41,813 nt of DNA, from positions 1-41,813 of the forward strand of contig JAFGEX010000343.1 of assembly GCA_016931355.1 (NCBI GenBank), written 5' to 3'. Source of the stretch: a bacterium (GTDB taxonomy: Bacteria; Zhuqueibacterota; QNDG01; JABMRT01). Position 1 is the stretch's first letter, and every line of letters begins with the position of its first letter. Below are positions 1 to 8,470 of this stretch, one piece after another. The position numbers and the translations under genes were made by a program. The notes under the pieces are model-generated. The model saw only the letters and a program-made list of their open reading frames with translations, did not search any database and was not told the origin of the DNA.

Positions 1-1
1 A

Positions 2-124
2 AAGTCGCTCGAGGCACTCAAGAACGCGGTACTGCTCAATCCCAAACTCAAGACCCAGGCGAAGAAAGACAATGATCTGGCAGGATTGAGAGAGCAGGAG
101 GAATTTCGGGAAATATTGAAGTGA
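2..124 (+). CDS. 3' end of a TPR-containing protein (partial)
   Basis: Frame 2 reads KSLEALKNAVLLNPKLKTQAKKDNDLAGLREQEEFREILK*, the typical last TPR helix plus capping motif (A..D.DL..LR...EF). Confidence 0.65.
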   Translation, partial: KSLEALKNAVLLNPKLKTQAKKDNDLAGLREQEEFREILK

Positions 125-350
125 TGCGTCCCCGCAGGGACGGTACGTCCATGCGGGCAAGTGATAAGCATGCAGTTCGTTTTGGTTATGAGAAGCAAGA
201 TGGATTCCACTATTACCCAGGAATAATGAAAAATCATTTATTCCTTGAAATCCGGCTGAACAACGAGGATCCGATTGGACGATTCTTCATTTTTTGACTT
301 CAAAATATCCCATCTGCGTACCCCATCAATCGGAAAATATACTCCTGCCT

Positions 351-592
351 TTGAATCTGACAGCGAGCGCATTCCCCACGGCAAGCCGCGGGGTAAGCAC
401 GCGAGCAAACGAACGACCGCGGAGCAGGCGGCTTCATCGGCGGCTTTTGGACGCCGATGAAGAAAGGCGCTTGATGCGCCGGCCAGTTTAAGATCGAGAC
501 TCCCGTGCGGAGCACGGGAGTCGAAGATCAATCCAAATGTCTTTTCCTTATGGATCGAAGGTTCCCTGCCGCTTGCTGCCGGGGAGGTCCAT
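351..592 (+). repeat. Family-1 two-hairpin intergenic repeat, long copy with internal insert
   Basis: Starts TTGAATCTGACAGCGAGCGCATTCCCC, contains AATCCAAATGTC and GATCGAAGGTTCCC...GGGGAGGTCCAT; matches the copies at 5829, 7584 and 36894. Confidence 0.85.
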
Positions 593-606
593 TTTTAAAT
601 AAATCG

Positions 607-635
607 TTGCATTCCTTATTTAATGTTTTTATATT
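607..635 (+). promoter_or_regulatory. sigma70-type promoter of the ars operon
   Basis: TTGCAT (607-612), 17 bp spacer, TATATT (630-635), about 30 bp upstream of arsR. Confidence 0.65.
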
Positions 636-652
636 TCGTTTAATAACGAAAT
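633..652. promoter_or_regulatory. Putative ArsR operator
   Basis: Perfect inverted repeat ATTTCGTT-TAAT-AACGAAAT overlapping the -10 box and start site. Confidence 0.7.
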
Positions 653-666
653 GAGGACAAGAGAAG

Positions 667-1020
667 ATGAAAACAATCGTTAGAATTTTCAAGGCGCTTT
701 CGGATCAGAACCGGATCCGCATCTTGAAGATGCTTCAATCCAGGCCGCTTTGCGTGTGCGAAATCACATCCATCCTGGGTTTGGCCACATCGACGGTATC
801 CAAACACCTTTCCATACTCAAGACGTCCGGATTGATCTCGGACCGGAAGGATGCCAAATGGGTCAATTACGAAATCGATTTAAATTCCGGAGATCCGGAG
901 GTTGACCGTGTTCTTCGGCTCATGCGGGGCATGCTGGAAAAAGACGAAGTAATCAGGACGGACCGTAAAAAAGTTACCACGGTCGACCGAAACCGCATCT
1001 GCAGCACGGAATCGTCTTGA
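667..1020 (+). CDS. arsR: ArsR/SmtB family metalloregulator
   Basis: FKALSDQNRIRIL, LCVCEIT As(III) motif, STVSKHLSILK HTH; heads the ars cluster. Confidence 0.93.
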   Translation: MKTIVRIFKALSDQNRIRILKMLQSRPLCVCEITSILGLATSTVSKHLSILKTSGLISDRKDAKWVNYEIDLNSGDPEVDRVLRLMRGMLEKDEVIRTDRKKVTTVDRNRICSTESS

Positions 1021-1054
1021 TTTGAATCAAATGAAAAGAGATTGGATCTGAATC

Positions 1055-2356
1055 ATGGATCTGAAAAAAGAATGGAAGCCCCTTTCCCTGATCGTTTCTG
1101 TCTTTCTTCTCGCGTATTTTCTTCCGGTCGGCAGGGTCCGCTTCGACAACGCGGTCATGGAGGCGCTGCATCTGTTCAAATGGTACGCCCGCGAACATGT
1201 TCTGCTCTGCCTGATCCCCGCGTTTTTCATCGCAGGCGTCATCAGCGTTTTCGTCAGCCAGGCTTCGGTCATCAGGTACTTCGGTGTAAACGCCAGGAAA
1301 TGGCTGGCTTACGGGGTTGCGGCCGTTTCCGGGACCATACTCGCGGTCTGCTCCTGCACCATCCTGCCTTTGTTCTCAGGCATTTACAGGCGCGGTGCAG
1401 GCCTGGGACCCGCCATTGCGTTTCTCTATTCCGGTCCGGCCGTCAATATCCTGGCCATCATCCTGACCGCCCGTATCCTTGGATTCGAACTGGGCATCGC
1501 GCGCGTCATCGGGGCTGTGATTTTCAGCGTGGCGATCGGGCTGATCATGCATTTCATCTACCGGAAGGAAGAAGCGGTCAAGGCGGAGAAACAGCTTGCC
1601 ATGCCCGCGCCTAAAGAGACGCGACCCCTGTGGCAGACGGCTGTTCATTTCTTCGTGCTGGTCGCGATCCTGGTGTTCGCCAACTGGGGCAGGCCGGACA
1701 CGGACTCCGGTTTCTGGCATGCGGTTTGGTCCTCCAAATGGGCGATCACATCCGTGTTCGGGCTGATGTTCGGGGTTTCGCTGATCTTCATCCTCAAATT
1801 GGACTGGAGGAAAGTGCTGCTCGCCGCCCTTCCCGTGATCCTGGCAGCATTGTTTTTTCCACGCAATCCGCTCATCCCCTTTGCAGCCGGCGTGCTGGCT
1901 ACATCCGTCCTGATCAGCCGGAAAGAAGGCGAACCTGCCTTGTGGATGTCCTCCACCTGGGATTTTACCAAACAGATCCTGCCTCTTCTCGGGGCCGGCG
2001 TTCTGGTTGCAGGGTTGCTTCTCGGATCCCATGAAGATGGAGAAGGTTTGATACCGGGCAGGTGGATATCCTCCCTGGTCGGCGGGAATTCCCTGTTCGC
2101 CAATTTCTTTGCATCCCTGGCGGGCGCTTTCATGTACTTTGCGACTCTGACGGAGGTGCCCATCCTGCAGGGGCTGATCGCAAACGGCATGGGCAAGGGG
2201 CCTGCGCTGGCATTGCTTCTGGCCGGACCGGCTCTGAGCCTCCCCAACATGCTGGTCATCCGCAGCGTCATCGGAACCCAAAAAACGGTGGTATATGTTT
2301 CGTTGGTCGTGATCATGGCCACTGTAACCGGGCTTATTTTCGGGAAATTATTCTAG
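1055..2356 (+). CDS. arsP: ArsP/DUF318 family permease
   Basis: Multi-TM protein with LAVCSCTILPLF, FLYSGPAVN, YFATLTEVPI and LLAGPALSLP motifs. Confidence 0.85.
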   Translation: MDLKKEWKPLSLIVSVFLLAYFLPVGRVRFDNAVMEALHLFKWYAREHVLLCLIPAFFIAGVISVFVSQASVIRYFGVNARKWLAYGVAAVSGTILAVCSCTILPLFSGIYRRGAGLGPAIAFLYSGPAVNILAIILTARILGFELGIARVIGAVIFSVAIGLIMHFIYRKEEAVKAEKQLAMPAPKETRPLWQTAVHFFVLVAILVFANWGRPDTDSGFWHAVWSSKWAITSVFGLMFGVSLIFILKLDWRKVLLAALPVILAALFFPRNPLIPFAAGVLATSVLISRKEGEPALWMSSTWDFTKQILPLLGAGVLVAGLLLGSHEDGEGLIPGRWISSLVGGNSLFANFFASLAGAFMYFATLTEVPILQGLIANGMGKGPALALLLAGPALSLPNMLVIRSVIGTQKTVVYVSLVVIMATVTGLIFGKLF

Positions 2357-2366
2357 GAGTCTGACA

Positions 2367-2600
2367 ATGAAAAAGCTTCAAATTCTGGGCACGGGCTGTC
2401 CCAAATGCAAGAAACTGACCGAACTCACGGAGCAGGCGGCCAAAGAACTGGGTATGGAATACGAACTCGTCAAGGTGACGGACATCGGCGAAATCATGGG
2501 ATTCGGAGTCATGATGACTCCTGCCCTGGCCGTGGACGGAGAGGTGAAATCGGCAGGAAAGATCCCCGCTGTAAATGAAATCAAGAAACTCATCCAATAA
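2367..2600 (+). CDS. Small redox-active disulfide protein (MTH895/ArsE-like thioredoxin)
   Basis: 77 aa, LGTGCPKC, GVMMTPALAVDG; RBS AGGAG. Confidence 0.9.
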   Translation: MKKLQILGTGCPKCKKLTELTEQAAKELGMEYELVKVTDIGEIMGFGVMMTPALAVDGEVKSAGKIPAVNEIKKLIQ

Positions 2601-2774
2601 TCAAGCCCTGATGAGCAGACGGGGGAACACGTGTCCGAGATGATCGTGTCAACCGCACCGGATGCCGCCGGGGACGGCCGTTCTCTGGCTTCGAAAAACG
2701 GATGCAGCTGCGGCCTTTGCCGATTGAACGGGACCAGGCAGCGGGCCCATTTACATAGCACAGGAGACAACCGC

Positions 2775-3221
2775 ATGAGGACTGAAATCCGCACAGCGAT
2801 CTATTTTCTGATGCCTGTTTTCCTTGCGGCCGGATGCTCCAGCCAGAAGAATGAACAATCAAAAAATACTCCGCCCTTTTCGATCGCCGGAGGCGATACG
2901 GAGAAATCGGCAGCATTGGCCGAGACAGAAGCGGAAAAACCATGGGTCACATTCATCGAGCTGGGGTCCGTGAATTGCATCCCCTGCAAGATGATGCAGC
3001 CGGTCATGAAGGAGATTGAGGAGGAATATGCAGGACAGGTTCAGGTGGTGTTTTACGATGTCTGGACCCAGGCAGGCAAGCCGTATGCCGAGCAATACAG
3101 GATTCGGGCCATTCCAACACAAATCTTTCTAGACAGCGAGGGAAAGGAATATTCCCGCCATGAAGGCTATTTCCCGAAGGAGGAACTGGTCAAGGTCCTG
3201 AAACAGAAAGGCGTGAAATGA
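2775..3221 (+). CDS. Thioredoxin-family lipoprotein
   Basis: Start moved to ATG 2775 after AGGAGA; lipobox FLAAGC; ELGSVNCIPCKMM active site; IPTQIF. Confidence 0.85.
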   Translation: MRTEIRTAIYFLMPVFLAAGCSSQKNEQSKNTPPFSIAGGDTEKSAALAETEAEKPWVTFIELGSVNCIPCKMMQPVMKEIEEEYAGQVQVVFYDVWTQAGKPYAEQYRIRAIPTQIFLDSEGKEYSRHEGYFPKEELVKVLKQKGVK

Positions 3222-3403
3222 GACTCTATTGCTGAATGACGAACATCCTGATCTTCCTTGCTTTTCCGGTCTTCCTCTCCCTTTCCGGATGCAGCCGGTC
3301 GGATTCCTTTCAGGACGGCCTTTCCATTGCGGGCAGCCGGCGGATCTTTCATTCCAAACATCGTCACGGAGTTCCTGAATGCAGAATCTTTTCATCTGGC
3401 TGA
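3218..3403 (+). pseudogene. Truncated lipoprotein gene remnant
   Basis: ATGA-coupled to the previous stop; reads MRLYC*MTNILIFLAFPVFLSLSGCSRS..., a lipobox followed by a short non-domain tail. Confidence 0.4.
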
Positions 3404-4080
3404 CCGAGAGTCTGAGCGGCGCGGCGTGGCTCGCGCTGACCGCATCCTTTTTATGGGGCATTTTGAGCATCCTGCTCAGCCCCTGCCATCTGGCTTCCAT
3501 CCCGTTGATCGTGGGATTCATTGACGGCCAGGGGATCGTCACGAAGAAACGCGCGTTCATCCTGGCCGCCCTTTTCTCAGTCGGCATCCTCATCACCATC
3601 GCGGTTATCGGCCTGATCACGGGGCTGATGGGACGCATGATGGGCGATGTCGGGAAGATCGGGAATTTTATTGTGGCCGTGATTTTCTTCGTGATCGGAC
3701 TGCATCTGCTCGAAATTATTAATCTGCCCTTTCCCGGCATGTCCAATCAGCCGAAGTTAAAAAAGAAAGGCGCGCTTGCCGCGTTTGTGATCGGCCTTGT
3801 TTTCGGAGTGGCCCTGGGTCCCTGCACCTTCGCCTACATGGCCCCCATGCTTGGGATCGCATTCAACACGGCCTCGACCCGCCCCGTATTTGCCGCATCG
3901 CTGATCCTGGTTTTTGCCGTGGGACACTGCTCGATTATTGTGCTGGCAGGCACGTTCACCAGCATGGTGCAAAAATACCTGCACTGGAACGAACGCTCCA
4001 AAGGCGCTTTGATTTTAAAGAAAGTCTGCGGGGTTCTGGTTATATGGGGTGGTATCTATCTGATCTGCAGCGTCCATTAA
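3379..4080 (+). CDS. ccdA: CcdA/DsbD-beta family transmembrane electron transporter
   Basis: GILSILLSPCHLASIPL and GVALGPCTFAY conserved Cys motifs; about 6 TM segments. Confidence 0.88.
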   Translation: MQNLFIWLTESLSGAAWLALTASFLWGILSILLSPCHLASIPLIVGFIDGQGIVTKKRAFILAALFSVGILITIAVIGLITGLMGRMMGDVGKIGNFIVAVIFFVIGLHLLEIINLPFPGMSNQPKLKKKGALAAFVIGLVFGVALGPCTFAYMAPMLGIAFNTASTRPVFAASLILVFAVGHCSIIVLAGTFTSMVQKYLHWNERSKGALILKKVCGVLVIWGGIYLICSVH

Positions 4081-4228
4081 GAAAAAGGATTTCGGTGCGT
4101 CTATTTTGGATGACCGAAGCTGTGATACTCCTGATCGCGCCGGCCATGGAACGCTTGACGAAAAAAGACCGTTTTTCGATTGAAGATCCGGTATGACCCT
4201 GGCGCTCCATAAAAAAGAGGAAGCATTC

Positions 4229-5266
4229 ATGAGTCCCATTTCGAAAAAACTGTCAAGACTGGATCGATTCCTGACCCTTTGGATATTCCTGGCCATGGCA
4301 TTCGGAATCTTCCTGGGATATGCATGTCCGTCCGTTACAGGATTCATCACACGCCTCCAGGCCGGGACGACATCCATCCCCATTGCCGCCGGACTGATTC
4401 TGATGATGTATCCGCCGCTGGCGAAAGTCAGGTACGAGGAATTGGGGGATGTATTCAAGAATGGGAAGGTTCTCAGCCTCTCTTTGATACAGAACTGGGT
4501 GATCGGTCCGATACTGATGTTCCTCCTTGCCGTGCTCTTTCTCCCGAATCACCCCGAATACAGGACCGGCCTGATTCTGATCGGACTCGCCCGATGCATC
4601 GCCATGGTCATTGTCTGGAACGACCTGGCCGAGGGCGATTCCGAATATGCGGCAGGCCTGGTCGCCTTCAACAGCATCTTCCAGGTTTTGTTTTATTCGG
4701 TTTATGCATGGATTTTCATCACCCTGCTGCCTCCCCTGTTCGGATTGAAGGGGATGGTCGTCCACATCACCATCGGCCAGATTGCCGAAAGTGTTTTCAT
4801 TTACCTGGGCATCCCCTTCCTGGCCGGAGCCTTGACCCGTTTGATTCTCGTGAAAGCAAAAGGGAAGGAGTGGTATCATTCCAAATTCATCCCGGTGATC
4901 AGTCCGGTCACGTTGATCGCGCTTCTGTTCACCATCATCGTGATGTTCAGTCTGAAAGGGGAAACCATCATCCGGATCCCGCTGGACGTCGCCCGGATCG
5001 CGTTGCCGCTGCTGATCTATTTTGTGGTCATGTTTCTGGTGAGCTTCTTCATGGGGAGGAAGATCAACGCCGGATACGGCAGATCGGCAACCCTGGCCTT
5101 CACGGCAGCCAGCAATAATTTTGAGCTTGCCATCGCCGTCGCGGTGGCTGTTTTCGGAATCCATTCGGGAGAGGCCTTTACAGCCGTGATAGGCCCGCTG
5201 GTGGAAGTCCCCGTGATGATCGGCCTGGTGAATGTGGCTTTGAGGTTGAAGGAAAAGTCAGGTTGA
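4229..5266 (+). CDS. acr3: ACR3 family arsenite efflux transporter
   Basis: [48 protein letters not shown]; start at 4229 after GAGG. Confidence 0.95.
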   Translation: MSPISKKLSRLDRFLTLWIFLAMAFGIFLGYACPSVTGFITRLQAGTTSIPIAAGLILMMYPPLAKVRYEELGDVFKNGKVLSLSLIQNWVIGPILMFLLAVLFLPNHPEYRTGLILIGLARCIAMVIVWNDLAEGDSEYAAGLVAFNSIFQVLFYSVYAWIFITLLPPLFGLKGMVVHITIGQIAESVFIYLGIPFLAGALTRLILVKAKGKEWYHSKFIPVISPVTLIALLFTIIVMFSLKGETIIRIPLDVARIALPLLIYFVVMFLVSFFMGRKINAGYGRSATLAFTAASNNFELAIAVAVAVFGIHSGEAFTAVIGPLVEVPVMIGLVNVALRLKEKSG

Positions 5267-5303
5267 ACAACGAAAAGGCGACTGAGGGAGAAAGGGATAC
5301 GGT

Positions 5304-5741
5304 ATGGATAGACTGAAAATTTTATTTCTCTGCACAGGAAATTCATGCCGCAGTCAAATGGCTGAAGGCTGGACAAGACATCTCAAAGGCGATCGGATTG
5401 AACCTTGGTCTGCGGGAATCGCACCGAAGGGGATGGATCCGCTTGCCGTCCGGGTCATGGCGGAAGTGGGTGTGGACATATCCAACCACCGCTCCAAGCA
5501 TTTGAAGGAACTGATGGATACAGAATTCGATTATGTCATCACCGTCTGTGATTCAGCCAATGAAAGCTGCCCCTTTTTCCCCGGCAAAACAAAACGGATT
5601 CATAAGGGTTTCGATGATCCGCCGAAATTGGCAAGATCAGCCGGGAGTGAGGAGGAGGCATTGGACTCTTACCGAAGGGTGCGCGATGAAATAAGGGCTT
5701 ATGTGGATGGCATGCCGATGAACCTGAAGAACGATTTATGA
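5304..5741 (+). CDS. arsC: Thioredoxin-dependent arsenate reductase (LMW-PTP fold)
   Basis: LFLCTGNSCRSQMAEG, ITVCD...CPFFPG, FDDP. Confidence 0.93.
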   Translation: MDRLKILFLCTGNSCRSQMAEGWTRHLKGDRIEPWSAGIAPKGMDPLAVRVMAEVGVDISNHRSKHLKELMDTEFDYVITVCDSANESCPFFPGKTKRIHKGFDDPPKLARSAGSEEEALDSYRRVRDEIRAYVDGMPMNLKNDL

Positions 5742-5828
5742 ACTGTCTCCGCAGACAGGGTCTGCGCATACGGCTTTTATATCTTAAAATTATATTTATC
5801 GAACAGGGGAAATCCTAGCGTTCCCTTG

Positions 5829-5880
5829 TTGAATCTGACAGCGAGCGCATTCCCCGCCGCTTGCGGCGGGGAGCTTCAAT
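5829..5880 (+). repeat. Family-1 repeat, 52-bp mini copy
   Basis: TTGAATCTGACAGCGAGCGCATTCCCCGCCGCTTGCGGCGGGGAGCTTCAAT: left end fused directly to the right-end hairpin. Confidence 0.85.
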
Positions 5881-6206
5881 CCCTATGTTCGTATATTCGG
5901 AGGGCAAAGCCCTCGCGATGATTCGCCCTGGGGCAGAGCCACAGGGCGATCAGGGGGTCCTGTCCGGCAGAAGCGCCAAGGATGATCGCACCGGGGCTGT
6001 GCTCCGGTGTGCATAAAAAGGGGGAGCAGGGAGAAGAATCAGTCGCCGGTTTTGTGATGATATCCATTGGCTCCCCGGACTCCGACAAACCTTTCTGCCA
6101 CGACCAGAGTGACAAAACGCTCTGCCGGAATCCTTGCCCGGCCCCTCCCGGTTTTCCTGAACGGCCGCAACAACCGGGAGCCCGCCGTCCATGCGTGCTT
6201 TCCATC

Positions 6207-7478
6207 CTAGAAATAAATTCTGAATGAAGAATAAAACATGTCCGGATAAACGCCGAATTCCGATTGCAGGGTCATTACCGGCGGCAGGCCGGATTCGGAC
6301 CGGTATTCGGGTCGGCCGCCGAGACTCCAATAGACGCCGGCGGAAAGATAGATGTTTTCGGAAATATTGTACTCGACCTGAGGAGCGGCGAACAGGGACC
6401 GGTCGCCGAGGTTGATCAGAATCTGTCCGGAGGCGACGGTCAAGGGCGTCAACTGGCAGGTGGCCCCCGGGATGAGATAATGCCGCCCCATGAGATAAAT
6501 ACAGCCGCGGGAGATCGCCGGGTTATTGAAAATGTCGAGATAGTGTTCCGGCTGAACGCCGCCGGCGCCGTTGAAATGATATTCGATAAATCCGTACGTT
6601 TGATCGTTCAAATGATAATCAACACCGACGGTGGCGCGGAAATAATTCGTCGGTTGGTCGATCCGGAGGCGTCGAAAACCGTCGGCGATGACATAGGCTG
6701 CCTCGCACCAGCCGCCGGCACCGCCGATGGACCGGGCCAGATCGATGCCGGCCAGCATATTCTCCTGAAAATCAACGAGCAACAGACTCATGTCCGTTTT
6801 CGCAAAATAAAATTTTCCGCGCAGATACCAGGCGCTGTTTGGATATTGAAAGTCTTTTCCGAAAACGGCGCCGGCATCCAACTCGCCCATGAATCCCATG
6901 GGTATGCGCAGCCGGACGGCGTCCACGCCGATCCGGTCTTCGGTATCCAGATCCTCGAAAGTAAACGGCGCGATGACATCGGTGGGATTGACCGCCCGGG
7001 CACTGCCCCAGGCGATGGCCTGGCGGCCGATATCCAGATCGGCCCATCCGGTTTTCAGGGTGAGAAAGGCCCGGTCCAAATTCTGGAACAGGCCGAACGA
7101 TTCGGTGTCTTCCTTCTTTGAAGGGTAGAGACGGGAATGCAGATCGGTCGCTCGATAATGATACGGGTTGATGTCCGCGATGAAAGCAGGCTGATCAAAA
7201 AGGGAGGGATCCTGAATCCGCGGCGACAGGTCATACGCCAAAGCGAAAGATAAGATTTGTTTGAACGCCGTGGATACATGCAAGCGCAGCCGGTTGTTCA
7301 CCAATCCCAAGGGGGAATCGCCTGCATAGGGCGAGGCAGCGTTACGGACGCCCGGCGGGACAAGGACGACTGAAAAGTTTTTGTAATATCCGCCGAGAGT
7401 AGTCGGACCTTCCGCAGCCATGCCCGGCAGCGCGGAAAAAAGCAGGAACGGGCACCAGAGGATTTTCAGCGCTTTCAT
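6207..7478 (-). CDS. Putative outer-membrane beta-barrel protein of the ABC cluster
   Basis: Likely start MKALKILW with a signal peptide; LDRAFL, GRQAIAWG and R.GVDA motifs; C-terminal YF. Confidence 0.75.
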   Translation of the reverse strand: MKALKILWCPFLLFSALPGMAAEGPTTLGGYYKNFSVVLVPPGVRNAASPYAGDSPLGLVNNRLRLHVSTAFKQILSFALAYDLSPRIQDPSLFDQPAFIADINPYHYRATDLHSRLYPSKKEDTESFGLFQNLDRAFLTLKTGWADLDIGRQAIAWGSARAVNPTDVIAPFTFEDLDTEDRIGVDAVRLRIPMGFMGELDAGAVFGKDFQYPNSAWYLRGKFYFAKTDMSLLLVDFQENMLAGIDLARSIGGAGGWCEAAYVIADGFRRLRIDQPTNYFRATVGVDYHLNDQTYGFIEYHFNGAGGVQPEHYLDIFNNPAISRGCIYLMGRHYLIPGATCQLTPLTVASGQILINLGDRSLFAAPQVEYNISENIYLSAGVYWSLGGRPEYRSESGLPPVMTLQSEFGVYPDMFYSSFRIYF

Positions 7479-7583
7479 TTTCCGACGATCCGACACGACT
7501 CTTGGTGCGGAAAGACCGCCGGCCCGCCGGACCTGCGCGATGAGTACACGGATGACGGCCATTCCCTTCATTTAATCCCCAGG

Positions 7584-7698
7584 TGAATCTGAGAGCGAGC
7601 ATATTCCGCGGGGCTTGCCCCGGGAAAAGCGAATGAATATCAATGTCTTTTTCCCTCTAGATCGAAGATTCCCCGCCGCTTGCGGCGGGAGCTTCAAT
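7584..7698 (+). repeat. Family-1 repeat, full copy
   Basis: TGAATCTGAGAGCGAGC...GGGGCTTGCCCC...AATGTCTTTTT...GATCGAAGATTCCCCGCCGCTTGCGGCGGGAGCTTCAAT; sits inside the ABC cluster. Confidence 0.88.
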
Positions 7699-7710
7699 CC
7701 GGAGGTTTCT

Positions 7711-8415
7711 TTATGAACGTGCCTCATCATGCACGATCGTCCCGTCCTGTAACGTGACGAGTCGTCGCGCCTTCCGGATGACCAATTCATCATGGGTGGA
7801 AAAAATAAAGGTCATGCCGGTTTGCCGGTTCAGCTCCCTCATCATATCGAGCAGCCCGGCGCCTGTCTTGGAATCGAGGTTGGCCGTCGGTTCATCGGCG
7901 AGAATCAGGGACGGTTTCGATACCATGGCGCGGGCGACCGCCACCCGCTGCTGCTGGCCTCCTGAGAGCTTGGGCGGACGGCGGTTCTCGTAACCGGCCA
8001 ATCCGACCTGTTTCAGAATGTCCGCGACGCGGCGATGCCGTTCCGTTTTCGGAACACCCTGAAGAAGCATGATATAATCAATGTTTTCCTCCACGCTCAA
8101 TACGGGAATGAGGTTGTAGGCCTGGAAAATAAATCCAATGTGATCCCGCCGGAAGTCCGACAGCCGCCGTCCGCTCATGGCCGAGAGAAGTTCGCCACTC
8201 AGCCATACCTCACCGGACGTCGGCGTATCCAGGCCGGAAATCACGTTGAGCAGGGTCGTCTTGCCCGAGCCGGAGGGGCCGACAATGGCGGTAAATTCAC
8301 CGCGCCGGATCGTCAAGTCCACATGCGTCAGAGCGTGAACGGGAACGCCGTTTTCAGAATAGGTCTTGGATATCGCTTTCGTTTCAATGATTGTGTCGTA
8401 TTCGCTTGTCACCAT
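7711..8415 (-). CDS. ABC transporter ATP-binding protein (LolD/MacB-like)
   Basis: GPSGSGKTT, LSGGQQQRVAVARA, LADEPTANLD; start MVTSEY after GAGGAG. Confidence 0.95.
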   Translation of the reverse strand: MVTSEYDTIIETKAISKTYSENGVPVHALTHVDLTIRRGEFTAIVGPSGSGKTTLLNVISGLDTPTSGEVWLSGELLSAMSGRRLSDFRRDHIGFIFQAYNLIPVLSVEENIDYIMLLQGVPKTERHRRVADILKQVGLAGYENRRPPKLSGGQQQRVAVARAMVSKPSLILADEPTANLDSKTGAGLLDMMRELNRQTGMTFIFSTHDELVIRKARRLVTLQDGTIVHDEARS

Positions 8416-8470
8416 CGATTGCTCCTCTGCGCCGGATCCTTGGATGTCATCTGAACGACAGCAGCCCGGT

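Noticed and set aside
238-531. Short ORFs over repeat copies (also near 7572-7793, 26616-26969, 36822-37151, 40659-40873)
   Set aside because: They translate the non-coding repeat and differ in frame and strand between copies.
2631-2774. Cys-rich N-terminal extension (CSCGLC) of the thioredoxin
   Set aside because: A good RBS and lipoprotein signal begin at 2775; the extension would bury the signal peptide.
3230-3238. TGC-TGA as a Cys-Sec selenoprotein read-through
   Set aside because: It would fall before a signal peptide rather than in a redox motif, and no convincing SECIS follows; a nonsense mutation or later start is simpler.
5895-5950. c-di-GMP-I riboswitch suggested by GGGCAAAGCC
   Set aside because: The rest of the aptamer is missing and the site lies between convergent 3' ends.
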